63,647 nucleotides of DNA, filler included, from Sphacelaria rigidula (GCA_964200075.2; 9 parts of 9 records of this genome joined end to end with filler, not necessarily neighbours in it), one strand, 5' to 3'; shown: positions 10,326 through 23,368, numbered from the whole stretch's first letter. Numbers and translations: made by a program. The notes: generated by a model not told the origin, from the sequence alone.

Positions 10326-13300
10326 CTTGTTACAGTATATGTGAGAATTTATCACACCTAAAACCTTGATCAAATACGAAAAATGAAGATAGGACTCTTC
10401 TCATTTTTTAGCCACCGTGACGACCTTGATGGGAAGTCCCCTCGCTGGTGCTGACCGACGTAGTCTCGAAGCGAAGGCTGATGACCTGAAGACCTACGTG
10501 GTCGAGAATCGATGGCTCAAAACCTGTTGGAATAATTCGTGGTCGTTGCACTGTCCTTACGACAGACCAACTACTGTTCAGCGAACAGTAGTATGCAGAG
10601 GTTGCACCGTGGTTGATTAGGCCACTTGCTTCCGCAGCTTCAGAATAAATCAGTGCGACAAATGGTTGATTGGGCGCTTTGTTTGGCCAACAAAAGCAGA
10701 ACTCGCAGTTTCCTCTTAAAACGGAGAACTGATGGCAGTGAAGGAGAGTGACTGTAGATGGCGGTGAGGACCACCGACTACGATTAACAGCACATTGTGC
10801 GAATTGAGGTTTAACTCCAAGATGAGGTTCAAGTGGGCAACCCGACCTGCGAACTATTTGTAGTAGAAGTATCGAGGACAAACTCTTATTCGGAAGAAGT
10901 AACCTGTGGAGGTGAACCCGTAACGTGTCATATTCAGTACGTCGAAGAATAGAGAGAAGGAAGTCGGGTGAGCACTCTTGTTACTCTACACCACAGGGGA
11001 AAAGGTGGCAGCGCACGGATCCCATGTCTTGCGCTAAGCCCCCCCCCCCTGTCGGGCTGCGCCCGCGCGAGGAACAACACCTCGATCACGCCCGAAAGGG
11101 TTTGGGGAGGGTGCTCGTCAGGCACGACTAAGACGGGCACCGTTCGTGTCGTGGTATCGATCAGCTGCGGGTTTGTGTTTGCCCACTCAATCAAAAAGTC
11201 GGTTTCAAAGCAACATGGATAGCCCATTGCCCACAAGATTCCGTCACGGAAACGACTCGGATACTCCCCTTTGAACTCTTCCCTCTGACGAAAAGAATGA
11301 TGCTTGGCTTTTATCGAATTCGAGAACGCGAGCAGGTGTTCCACGCACGGTGCTACCCTCGGTTGCGATCGACAAGCGTTGACGCCGTCTACTCTCATCA
11401 ACGGGTACCGCCGGAACAAAACCACGCACAACGCGACAGGACGATGAACAACCCCCCCCCCAACCCCCCTACCCCAACCCAACCCCACCAAAACATACCC
11501 TCGTTTTCAGAACCGAAGCCGCACACATGATATCTGTCCATCTCCCGCTTCGTCATCGGCTGCGATGCCGTCGTCATCGGCAGCATCTTCACCTCCATCT
11601 GCATCGTCTTCCTCATCATCGTCGCAGGGACTAGCGGCTGGGGTGAATCCAAGCCACCTTTTCTTAAATCCAGGGCCCCCTACAATAAGATCCCCGGCAC
11701 CAATGACTAAAGGCTTCTTCGCCGCTAATCTACTGCTCCGCACGCGAGGTGTTGGTACACAAGCAATGAGAGCGTGCTTATCTCCGCCTTCGCTGCCTAC
11801 AGCGGCGGCAACGTAAGGGAATCTGCGACGTTATGCCGATGGCCTCATCATCGACCGTTGCTTCCCACGTGAGGTAGAAAAATGGGAATGTCTCCGCCCC
11901 CTCTAGGATTTACGCCGCCTTCGCTTTACACGTCTCCTTGCCAGGCTCCAACATTTTCTTGAATTGTTTGTTGGTAGCAACCAAAATAAGGTGGATAGAC
12001 TGCTCCTCTACAACATGGTCGATAGAATGAAGGACGTCCTCCGTGTGTCGTATATTTTTTACTTCCCCCAAACGGGAATGTCCGGATAGGCGACCTCTTG
12101 GCCTTGTTTCGCGATCACGTGCAGCCTGTTGACCTGATCTAGACGCGAAAACTGTGACCAAATTGGATTGCACGCGCGGCGGAGGTAAATGCGCGAGACG
12201 CGGTTCCTAGTCACGTCGCGAAGGGGGGAAGCAATAATGTGTACTAGACTTCAAGCATTCACTGTAGACGTGTGAAAACGATGGTACGAGATCCCGCGAC
12301 AAACACCACCCCTCAGACTCTCAGCGAGACACACTCTGCGTGATCCCAAACGAAGGATTAGAAGCGCGATAGGCATTCCGTTTGACATGCCATGCCCGTT
12401 TCTTTCGAAATCTCCGCGTCGCGACTTGAAGGGTGGGAGGTGACAAGTCGACCCCCGAGTGATGGCCTTCCCACTCGCCTGTCCCGTAATTTAGGGTTTT
12501 AAAAGGGCAATACGTTGTCTGGGTGTAATGGTCGCTGTGACGGCTTCACAGATGGGTTCGTTACGAAGTTAGAGGGCAGACTTAGCCGACGTAAAGAGAG
12601 AATAACGAGTTCTTTACTTGAAATGGGCCGAAAAATACCCGAACATCGCACTTATTCTACTATTTCGAAGCACTCGTCGAAGGTTTTGGCCGTTGTCGAG
12701 CCGACGCAGCGCTGGTTTTACCAGCAAGGTTTTCAGTTAAGAAAGCAGTGGGGTTAGCACACGGTAATACGTAAATCTAGTGATTGGTTCGCGTCGTGAT
12801 TATTGTTTACTGGGTTTTTCGAATGTTGTTTCTCTCTGGAGTTCAGAAAGGGGGGTGTGCGGCCATTTTTGGGCCTGATTATTTGTTTTCATTCGCACGA
12901 AGCAAGCACCGAATGTAGACAAGATATGCTTTTATCCGAAAATACAATACAAAGATACAAAGCCAAAATCCGGGCAAGGTGATGGGCCCGTACAGTTTAG
13001 GGTATCCTCTTGTATGGCACAGAAAAAGTATATATTGACTCGCAAATGCGTCAAGAAATATGCAAAAAGATCAAAACTGGTGCGTATATGCCCATTAGCC
13101 TGACCACCACCTTATCCTCACTTTGCGACCCTCAGACGGCGAAGAAGCAAGTAAACAAGACTCGATATGAACACCGTTTGGGTCGCCCGAAGCACTCTCA
13201 CCTCCACTGTGTATCCGAACGGCTGCACGGCGGTCTTCATGACCTCTTCAGCAGAAGAACCGGCGGCAGGGGTCAGCAATGCCGGTGGGGTCGTATCGGC

Positions 13301-14067
13301 CAGCAACTTCGACGGGAGCAACCCTGGGCCCACATACACTGCGCCGCCGATATCGTGCTGTCGAGAAATAGAGGGTGAAACCGAGCCCAGCGGCAGTTGG
13401 AAAGATTGGTGAGAGTTCATGACACCTCTCACAAACGAAAACCTATTACACCTGCGTTTATCGCGTTCCATTTTTTCCTCCATGATCCGCTGAAAGACTT
13501 GAGGGTCCCTTTTTGTGTCATCTGCAAACGGCGGTAAGGACAAGATCCTCCTGAACAATAGTCCGTCTGCAATTAGTGAAATCCTGTACTCACACGGAAC
13601 AAGTTCACCCTCCGGTCCTTCCTGTCTCTTATTACACTGCTTTTGTATTCCAGACTCCCCTGAAAAACACGGGAAATTACAAATGACCGACGTTTTCTCC
13701 CATGATGAGCGACGCCACCCATTACAGCCGGAGAGTGCATTTGTCATTTTATTGCGAAAACATTTCGATGCTTGTGGCGGTTCCCAAGGTTATTCCTCCG
13801 TAAAAACTGTGCTCAATTTCCGAAATCGCGTGCTAGATGCGCCAAGGGGTAGTCGATGGTCCAGCAATTTGAATTGGAATCGAAGACTATGAACACCGTC
13901 GGGGATCGAAGTGTTCCGGGCTCGTACCTCTAGCCCGACAAAAACACAAATCGAAACGATATTTACCTACTGCCTCCTCGAATGTTTTGGCAAAAAACAA
14001 ACAAACGATACTAAAATAAGACCCGGTTTACCATGAGTGATGCCGCGAGAGCTTCCCCCCCCCCCTG

Positions 14068-14167
14068 NNNNNNNNNNNNNNNNNNNNNNNNNNNNNNNNN
14101 NNNNNNNNNNNTTAATTAATTAANNNNNNNNNNNNNNNNNNNNNNNNNNNNNNNNNNNNNNNNNNNN
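14068..14167. other. Artificial contig spacer
   Basis: N44-TTAATTAATTAA-N44. Confidence 0.98.
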
Positions 14168-14170
14168 CAT

Positions 14171-14346
14171 GTATAGGAATTACTAGACATGGGGTTTAAT
14201 CAACGAGAAAATGTGGGCCCAAACTTTTGATCAGATGGGCACATTCCCCTTGGTTAGACATATGCGGGTCACGGCCCAACTCGTCTGTGTCGATGAGATA
14301 TTGCTTTTAGAGCTTAAATCCGTTTTTATGCTGGCCCAGCTCGTAG
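14171..14346 (+). mobile_element. Dispersed repeat family D (probable TIR DNA transposon end)
   Basis: Closely similar to 21255-21444, with weaker copies at about 17844-18190 and 22190-22585. The end CCCAGCTCGTATGCCC (21444) is roughly complementary to GGGCACGAGCTGGG (17844). Confidence 0.65.
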
Positions 14347-14399
14347 CTTTTCCGAGCGAAACGAGCGGCGGAATGAACGAAGCGACACGTAACTCCCAT

Positions 14400-15320
14400 G
14401 TTGCAGACGAATACTACCCTGTCACAGAGCCCAAATGATTCATTCGCAGCTATTGAATACTTGCTCAACCTTGCGGCACAGTAGATCACGAACTGAGCGC
14501 AGGGTTACAGGAATACACCCGCTCCAGTGATGAGAAACCGACATCACCACTATTTTGGCATGATGTGTTTCTTAATTGTTCGCGACGGAGTTGCGTATTG
14601 TGCTGGGCGATCGAATTGCCAACGTGCTCATCATGGACATTCGAGGAGGTGCAAAACTGCACATGGTTTCAATCTGCTTCGTATCCTCTTGTATGCAGAG
14701 AGTCAGAAAGCTGTGCTATCCGTCAAATCTGCTGTATGTCGCGTTGCCCGCTTCTTTTCCACATCGCGGCTGCATGCTGAGCGAAACACACGCACCATCT
14801 ACACAAAACAGTAGTACAGGCCGCCACTGTTGTACAGCCTGGTACTCGATAGATTGACTGATATATAGGTGAAGAAATACCAATGTTTCCGACAACCCTG
14901 CCAGATACCACCCTTTCACAGAATCACGCAAAACCCAAATGGTCATTCGCAGCTACGTACCCAACCCTGCGGCATAGATCACGAACTCAGCACACGGATA
15001 TATACTACAGCAGTGATAGAAACCGCCACCGCCACACTTTTAGTATGGTGTGTTTCTTCTTGTTGGCAAAAACTTAGGCATCTAATTTTGTGGCAGGGTC
15101 CACCGACGGAGTTGCGTGTCGGGGTGGGCGAACTGCCAACGCGCTCATGGACAACCGTAGAGTCGGTGAAATACTGCACGTAGTTCAAAATCTGCTTCGC
15201 ATCCTCCTTTATCCAGAGAGTCAGAAAGCTGTGCTGTCTGTAAATCTACTGTGTGCCGCGTCACCCGCTTCTTTTCCACATCGCGCCCGTACGCCGTGCG
15301 AAACACACACCATCTGGACA
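14400..15320 (+). repeat. Diverged ~500-bp tandem duplication
   Basis: About 14400-14800 versus 14900-15320. Shared blocks include CGACGGAGTTGCGT, CAGAGAGTCAGAAAGCTGTGCT and CCCGCTTCTTTTCCACATCGCG. Confidence 0.8.
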
Positions 15321-15450
15321 CGGATTCGCTTAGCCTTTTCGATTCAAAGCGTGCAAATTCGCTCGGACCCAAACCTAGCAGAGCGAACTGAATCAATTCC
15401 GCCGCACAAACTCGTTCGAGTCGGAAAAAAATTGATAAGACACCGCCTCA

Positions 15451-15614
15451 GGCCGTGTCTTATCATATTGTTTTTGACTCGTACCTGATACGTCGACGGC
15501 ATTCATGTTCTCAACCATCTCAGAAAATCAGTAGCGTGGACGAATCAGAAACGAGCGATTTGGATTCGATCGCACATTTTCGACATCAAAACATTATTTT
15601 GATAAGACACAGCC
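15451..15614. mobile_element. Tourist/PIF-Harbinger-like MITE (164 bp)
   Basis: TIRs GGCCGTGTCTTATCA and TGATAAGACACAGCC, flanked on both sides by TCA (15448-50 and 15615-17). Confidence 0.7.
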
Positions 15615-15622
15615 TCAGTAAC

Positions 15623-15904
15623 GTTTACCGCTTGGGATGGTGAGACATCTCTCAGATAGTGAAAATCCAGATCTTCAGTGGGACTATGCTCCAAGCGTGT
15701 TCCTAGCTTGCGCAGAACGCGTTTTGGTCGAGGCCGATTTCAGGTCTGGCAACGCATCCTTTGCCTATGTAACGCTCTCCACCCCCTCGCCCGAGTGTTT
15801 TCGGTGTGCCTTCGTTGGGGTTAGGGTTAGGGTTACTGTTGGTGTTATAGTTTGTTCGACGTTATAAGTCTTTGAGAAATCTCTCACCATCCCAAGTGGT
15901 AAAC
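15623..15904. mobile_element. MITE with ~33-bp TIRs carrying a short TTAGGG tract
   Basis: GTTTACCGCTTGGGATGGTGAGACATCTCTCA pairs with TGAGAAATCTCTCACCATCCCAAGTGGTAAAC. GGGTTAGGGTTAGGGTTA lies at about 15818-15834. Confidence 0.7.
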
Positions 15905-16085
15905 TGACCTCCGAAAAATAGTGTGCTCACGACACACCCTCAGGGCGAGTGTCTTTTGAGCACACTATTTTTCGATCGAAAATGTGCGATGGAAAAAGAA
16001 AGCTCTGATCTGATGGGTTGTTTTTCAACCATCGGATTATTCTTCCGTTCAACAAAAATGTGCGAAAGTGATGAATGTCAACCCT

Positions 16086-17841
16086 TTAACCCTTAGACCG
16101 CGATGTTAGTCTTCTGTTGAATCGGCATCAATTTCAAGTGGGGAAAGGTATGCATGATCCAGAAAGACCAATCTCGCGGTCTAAGGGTCAAGACCGCGAG
16201 GGTAGGTCACCTTCTGCATCGGCATCAACTTTCCTCTTGAAAAAAGTAGTCGTGATCCAGATGGACTACCCGCACCGCACAGCGGTCCCGCGGTCAACCC
16301 TCAGACCGCGAGGGTATCTGGATCATGCACTCTTTTGGAAAGAATTTGATGCTGCTTCAACAGATGACCTCTCGTGGTCCAAGGGTTAACCAGATTTTGG
16401 GAATGAAGACTTCGAAGAACGTGAAACGGTTGCCACACGTGGGTGGACTGTTCGTCATGATCATTCTAATAATAACGTCAAACTTCACTTGTGTCGATGG
16501 TAGCACAGGGCTCAACCCGTAGACCGGGGTAGGGGTAGTCCATCTGGATCATGCATACTTTTTTCGAGTGAAAATTGATGCCGATTCAGCAGGTGACTCA
16601 GCCTCGCTGTCGAAAGGTTAACGAGCGATTAGAGCGGTCGCGACAATACGTGTTGACTCATGAATTTACAGAAAGAAGTGGGCACATTCCATGCGAAGTA
16701 CAACACAAAAAAATTGCATCGGAAAATCATTCGTTTCGGGCGCTGCTGCCCCTGTCCATCAGGATGGATCGTGAATATGTATTGATCTGGAGAGATGATC
16801 GGTCGAGATCGAAGTGTTTTCTTCGATTTACTAAGCTAGCAAGGTTTTTGAAGACTTCGTTTATTTTGAAAATGGTGTGGGGTCGCTATTAAGTAAAACC
16901 GTGCTAGCACAGTAAGTAGAAGCCTAATTCGATTTCAACCAAGGATGAGGAAAAAATGGGAATCTGGGAAATGGAAAAAGATGAATCAACCCTGCTTCAT
17001 AAACCGGACACCCAGGAACATGCGGTTTGCGCGCCGGGCTTTCATTGTGAATCGGTATCATTTTCAGTCGTTTTGAAGTAGAAATGATCACGATACACTG
17101 CAAGGGCCCCGTGTGCAATCTTCGTGTTCCTGGGAATCTGGTACAGATACCGTCAACCCCTCGACCACGAAGGGAGTAGTCTATCTGTATTACTCATATT
17201 TCTTCACGTGAGATTGATGCCGATCCAACAGAATACCTACTCTCGCCATTTAACCCTTGGACAGCGAGAGTAGGTCACCTGTTGAATCGGCATCAATTTC
17301 ACTTGAAAAAAGTATGCATCATCCACAAAGACTAAGCTCGCGCTCTAAGGGTTAAGGGTTGAGCGGAATAAATAAATAAAATCGTGGCAGCGTTTCCTCT
17401 TACGAAAGTTTGGCGAGCAATAAACTTTCTGAGCACCAGAAGAATTTTCCCGAGCGCACCCTTGGCCAAGAGAAGACAGTATTGTTGAAAGAAGTGTGGT
17501 ATACTGTAACTACTGTTTGTTAACCCTTGGTTTAACCCTGAGAACCGCGAGATTAGTCTTCCCGGAACATGCATACTTTTCTTTACTCGAAATTGATGCC
17601 GATTCAACAGAAGGCTCATCTCGCGGTCTAAGCGTTACCCCGTAGACCGCGAGGGTAGCCTTCCTGGACCGTGGATTATTTTTTCAAGTTAAATTGATGC
17701 CGATTCCACACATGACCTACTCTCGCTGTCTAGGGGTTAACCCTTGGACCGCGAGATTAGTCTTTCTGGATCATGCATACTTTTTTTCACTTGAAATTGA
17801 TGCCGATTCAACAGAAGACTAACCTCGCGCTCCAAGGGTTA
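16086..17841. mobile_element. Clusters of ~100-bp piggyBac-like MITEs (about 9 copies plus one long variant)
   Basis: Units read TTAA-CCCTT(G/A)GACCGCGAG...AATTGATGCCGATTCAACAG...CTCGCG(G/C)TC(T/C)AAGGG-TTAA. They occur at about 16086-16389 (3 copies), 16512-16621, 17153-17355 (2) and 17532-17841 (3), in both orientations. The cleanest unit is 17741-17838. A related copy lies at about 6604-6685. Confidence 0.8.
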
Positions 17842-19590
17842 TGGGGCACGAGCTGGGACGACCTAGTAGCGGATGATGTGTAGGCTGTAGGCAGATCCTC
17901 ACCCCAGTTTTGAAGGTTTCACTTTTTTACTCAAACCTCCCCAACTCATGGAACAAGGGCAGCATCTTGACGAGTCGCTGTACATATTTTTCGGAGTTTC
18001 GAACAGGGTATCTCCGTGCGTGATGGGACTCACTCGGCATGACGTTTAACCAACGAGAATGATATTGAGCCGGCCTTCGAGCCGATGGATCTCTTCCCTT
18101 TGAGTAGACGATCAACAACAATATGTGCGGATCACGGCCCAATTCCCCGGCGTCGATGAGACATGGCTGTGAGAGCTCAAATGCTTTGAACTCGAAAAAA
18201 GTGATGCCGTCTACTAAATGGACCATCCTTGATTGTCGGAAGGGATAATCGATGATAGATGATGTACACCCGTACGGGCACACCCTTATCCGACTGTGGC
18301 GCGAGATCGCTTGGGGGACTGATTCGATTGCAGATCATCTGCCCCAGGGATTTGCACCAGGAGTAATGGGATCTCTCTACAGCTCATGTAACGAGTAAGC
18401 TCCCAGGAAAGCACATCTGAGTCACAATGCAGTCCACCTTTGAGATAGGGGCCGACAGCGCATCTCACAAGGACAAACAGCGAGCTGTATACTCGTCGCA
18501 AAGCGTTGGGAAAGGAAGCATCAGAAGTTGAGAAAGTATGATTTGGAAGCCGGGGGGGGGCTTGATTAATTGGTGGAAGGGGCGGACTACTGCGTTCAGT
18601 CTAAATCGTGTTCATTCCTCCGTGTACGTGAGAGAGCGGTACTACTAAAAAAAAGACTGAAAGTCATGCAACATCACGGTTCTGCGACAAGTAGTAGTAA
18701 GCTTACAGAGCATGCAGCCCTCGTATGAGCAAGAAGAACTCTTGCGGAGCATGCAGTCCTCGAGTAAGTGCAGGCACTCATAATCAAATGAAGTAGAGTA
18801 CACGTCAAATTTATTGACGAATTAACGACAAGCACGAAAAAACGAAGATGGCAATCTAAGAGAACGTTCTTCCAATAATATATTGATGGTCAATTCCCTC
18901 CCCACACACTTCCCCCCCCCCACCTCTAGCACGTCCCGCATGTCTCACTCACCAGGCCCGAAGCTAACGACAGAATGCAGAAGCTCTTCATTTTTGTTTC
19001 GCCAATACCACTTGTACTATTCAGGGCCCCTCTTTATGCCGCGCAGGTGAGATCGGGCGGGTTACTTCAGTGGCCTATGTCTCCCACGTGTGCAGCCTCG
19101 AATGCACGGGCAGCTGGTTGGTCGAGTGGAAAGTGAGCTGGTAAGGTGGCAGAGGGTGTTGGGTTTTTCCGATTACGAGCAAGTAGAGAAAACTTGACAG
19201 CAGGATCGGAAGTTTGCCAGCTTCGCGGCTTGTTCGCCCTCTGCCATTGCTGAAACGGCTCTCTTCCCCCCGTGATGCAGGTGTGCCTTGAAGTAACGCT
19301 CAGTACGTTCTGGCAGTCGCATTCAACATGCGTTTTGTCACGAACGGTAAGTTTCCAGACGAGGGTAGTCTCAACGAACTTAGCGACGGGTCTCATTTTA
19401 TGCCCAAATAATAGAGGTATCTCATACTCGGCTACGTTTTCAAGTGAAGGTGATGACGATTCATCGGATGATGAGACCCTTTCACCGCCAGGTCAGGTCC
19501 TCCTATGAATCGCGATCACTTTCACTTGACAAAATACGACACGGCTCAGAGTCAACGAATAAACCAGGATACCGGGAGCCGAGTATAATG

Positions 19591-19788
19591 GAGAGTTCCG
19601 GAAAACACTTTGTTGTCATTTCAGAGTGCGAATATCTCAGATTCAGAGTGGAAAGACAAATTATTTCTCCTTCCGTCAAAAGTGGTATCCCTTTGAATTT
19701 TTCTCGATGAGGTGTTTCTTTTTTATTTTACACTCTGATGCTGAGATATTTGCAATCCAAAATGACAAGGATATTTTCCGGAACTCTC
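19591..19788. mobile_element. ~200-bp MITE with ~60-bp TIRs and apparent TAATG duplication
   Basis: GAGAGTTCCGGAAAA...TGTCATTT...ATATCTCAG...CAGAGTG is mirrored at the right end. TAATG occurs at 19586-90 and 19789-93. Confidence 0.7.
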
Positions 19789-21150
19789 TAATGATATAAA
19801 TATTCCTCATTCATTAGTCCTCATGGAGTCTTTCCCGAAAATGAAAAAAAAATGTTTCGGAACAAAATTGGAGCTCTTCTCATCCCCTCTCACGCACGAA
19901 AAATGCTCAAGCAAAGTTTCCGTGTACAAAAGTGCAATGCATGATTTTGTGTATATATTATTATTATTATATATTATATGCAACAACAACAACAACAACA
20001 ACAACGATTTTGTATGTGGACAGAGTCCGCCCCCAGTAAAGTTTACCGGCGTTGGGCTACAATAATTGTCCATGTTTCATATTACTGTACTTGATTCGAG
20101 TGGAAACGACGGCAGTCATAAATACATACGGGGTGGGCATTACCGTATATATATATATATATATATATTCGCGCAAGAACGTCACGATTCAGTCTCGCGT
20201 GGTTGGGAGAGGGGAGATTTACATGAAAGGCGCAAAATATCATATGGGTGTAGGTACCGTCTTGAGCGAAAAAAAAGGGTCGGAACAGAATAATTGGAGC
20301 TCATTTTATACCCTCGCGCACTGCTGCAACGCCCGACCTCAGATCTAGACGCATGGGCTTGTTGATTGTGGTCAACATGACATGTTACCGCAGTTTCAGC
20401 GCATAGCAGCGACGATAGCGCGCGCGCAACCGTGCCTCCGGCCCTGAGCGCATCTATCTCTACAGTCGATACCGGGATGACTTTTCAGCGGGTTGTCATT
20501 ATCGAGAGGGTGTGCCAGTGCTGATTTAGGTTCGTTTGCCAGCACCATACCCTCCCAGGCGATCATAATATGGAAGTGAATATGTCACCGTGTCTACGTA
20601 TGCATTCACTCACGGTACACGGAATCTGGGCAGCGAGATAGCCATTTTGAGTGCCTATCGACGGTATATCGGTATTCGCTTGGCTAAATTTGCTCGTTGG
20701 TCGAAAGGAGCTGAAACTAATGCACACCAAGAATCACAGTAGTGACTTTACCCTGTACACACCCGGTCGAGAAATGCACGAGCAAAGTTTCCATACAAAA
20801 GTGCAATGACTTTTGTATGCGAGCCAAGTGCGGGCAGTCACAAATACGGGGCGGGCATTCCGTTTTTTTTTTGTTTCCTGTGAATTTCGCGCAAGATTGG
20901 GTATGATGACAGGTATGATCAAATTCGACGAAATTGCGCTTTCTGTGGTGGTAACAAAGGGTAGAACACATATTAACACTATATATATACGTGAGATTCG
21001 GAGTGTAACATCGGATTCGGAGTGAGATCCGAAACAACTATTATTGACTTTCCCGTCGATTTTGACATCGCCACAGTTCGAGGAGTAATGCGTCCAGCTG
21101 GTGAAGCGGTGGCTTCAATGAAAGCTGTCACCCATACAATCAATTTGACA

Positions 21151-21250
21151 NNNNNNNNNNNNNNNNNNNNNNNNNNNNNNNNNNNNNNNNNNNNTTAATT
21201 AATTAANNNNNNNNNNNNNNNNNNNNNNNNNNNNNNNNNNNNNNNNNNNN
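21151..21250. other. Artificial contig spacer
   Basis: N44-TTAATTAATTAA-N44. Confidence 0.98.
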
Positions 21251-21254
21251 TTAG

Positions 21255-21444
21255 GTATAGGAATTACTGGACATGGGGTTTAATCAACGAGAAAGTATGG
21301 GCCCAAACTTTTTAGCAGATTGGCACCTTCCCCTTGATTAGACGATTAATATGATGTGCAGATCACGGCCCAAGTCATCTGTGTCGATGAGATATTGCTT
21401 CTCGAGCTTATATCCGTTTTTAGGCTGGCCCAGCTCGTATGCCC
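21255..21444 (+). mobile_element. Dispersed repeat family D copy
   Basis: Closely similar to 14171-14346 (GTATAGGAATTACT.GACATGGGGTTTAATCAACGAGAAA...). Confidence 0.7.
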
Positions 21445-23368
21445 TAGCGATTGCTCAACAACAAATTTGAAAATAACTCGGAATTGTGGTAAGAATGGGT
21501 CATTCAGAGCGTGGGTCGGTCGAGATTCGGAACATTATTGGTAGGCCATTTACCGCCAGTTTTGGTACTGATGCTGCGAAATCTTGTGTGGAGAATCGCT
21601 TGGGCATAATGAAGGCACGTGGAGGGGGGGGGCGGGGGGGAGTCATGAATGAAATACCTTCTGTAGTTGTGTTATCACATTTGCACGAGAACATCCTTGA
21701 CTCACGAGAAAGAAAATGAAGACCCACTTTCTCTTTGCGTGCAGTATGCTCTCGCAATTCTCCATACGTACTCATTTCGAAATCACATTTCTAAAAATTG
21801 GAATGAGGTTCAAAAGCGGTGTCCATTTATTTTTTTGCGAAAACGTGAACTCATGGAGGAGAAGAATCCCCCAAGGTCCTGAACGTTCTGTTTTTGTTTT
21901 GCTGTTACGATACTCTCATACCAAATTTCATGGCACAATTCTCAAAAGTGAGACACGAAATCCAGATATAGTGCATTCAGTGCTCCTGCTCGTAACATAT
22001 AAAGTTTAGTTTGGAATATCATGTGCGTCATATCTACAAATGGATAGTAAGTTGGCTGAAGGTGAAGGTATCGATCGTTTCCACGTACCAAGGGAATGTT
22101 CAAACCAAAAATCATCGTCCGCTGTACAAGTCGTTCGGGGTTTTGTATGAACTTTAGCGTGGAGCCTATCTCCATATGGTATCGGAACTGTTCGACATGG
22201 CATTTAATCGACGAGAAAAAATGATCCAGCCTTCTGAGCACATTGGCATCCTCCCGTTGATTGGCCGATTACAAGGGCGAGTCGGGTAACGGTATACCCG
22301 ATATTTTGCTACTTGAAAACTCGCACATCACCCGCCTAAGTCAGTCGCAATGACTTTGTATGAGCTTTAGTAAGGGGAACAAACAGCACTGGGTTAGTTG
22401 CTGCTGTGCGCATGGGCTGAATCTCCTCTTTTCAAAATACTGTACCAAAGCACCGGGTATTGAACTCTACCGGACACGGGACGATTAACACGACATACGG
22501 GCGGATCACGACCCAATTTACCTGTGTCGATGAGATATGGCTGTGAGAGCTTAAATCCGCTTCCAGGTTGGGCCTGCTCGTATGTTGTACGCATATATGG
22601 CAGCAGTGGTGGCTACCAGCGTGCGCCACTTGCCAGCATACGCCACTCACAAACCATTAAAAAAAAAGCGCGAACGTATGTACGTCGCAAACACTGAAAG
22701 CTAAACTGCTCTGCGAAGACATACATACTGACTCCACATGCAGTTAGCATGTGGCTCAAAACCGGTCAGGGGTTCCCCGGAATCGTTTTTCGTTAACATG
22801 CCTACCATCCACATGGTCATGAGAAGAGGCGTCACGTCTTCGGAAGAAATATAGCTATTCTGAACCCCGAAAGGTGGCATAGCCCATCTGAGTCCACCCG
22901 CGGGGGGGTTCGCGGTCAACGGGCTTAGTCATGTAGAGGAGATTTCACTACGGTAACGGCTTGGCAAGGAACGACGGTACGGCACGGACGGGATATCCCG
23001 TTGTATGGACAGACGATACGGGACGTGTGGCGAATGTGCGGACGGCATAGGCCACGCCAGTCGCCCCCGAAGAAAATGACGGACGGGACGAACGGGATAT
23101 CCGGTCCCGAACGTCACGGGATGGAACATCCTATCTCGAGAGGTGTCCTTCCTGATTGGGACCGAATCTGACGGGGCGAATATTACCGTCCCCTGATATT
23201 TCCGTCCCGTCCCGAGCCTCCCAGGACGGATGAATATTGAATTTTGGTCATGTTGAAATCCTGTCCCCATCGGATGAATATATATATATATATAATCTGT
23301 ATATTCGTTGAAGGAAGGAGGAAACCTCGCCCGATACTCACCCCGCAAACGGGTTCGTCTGCCGATTA

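Noticed and set aside
13118..13747. 209-aa minus-strand ORF as a gene or transposase
   Set aside because: I could not recognise any motif or clean splice borders; left unassigned.
16086..17841. CRISPR-like repeat array
   Set aside because: Units are ~100 bp, diverged and in both orientations, with TIRs and TTAA junctions. There are no unique spacers and no cas genes, and the context is eukaryotic.
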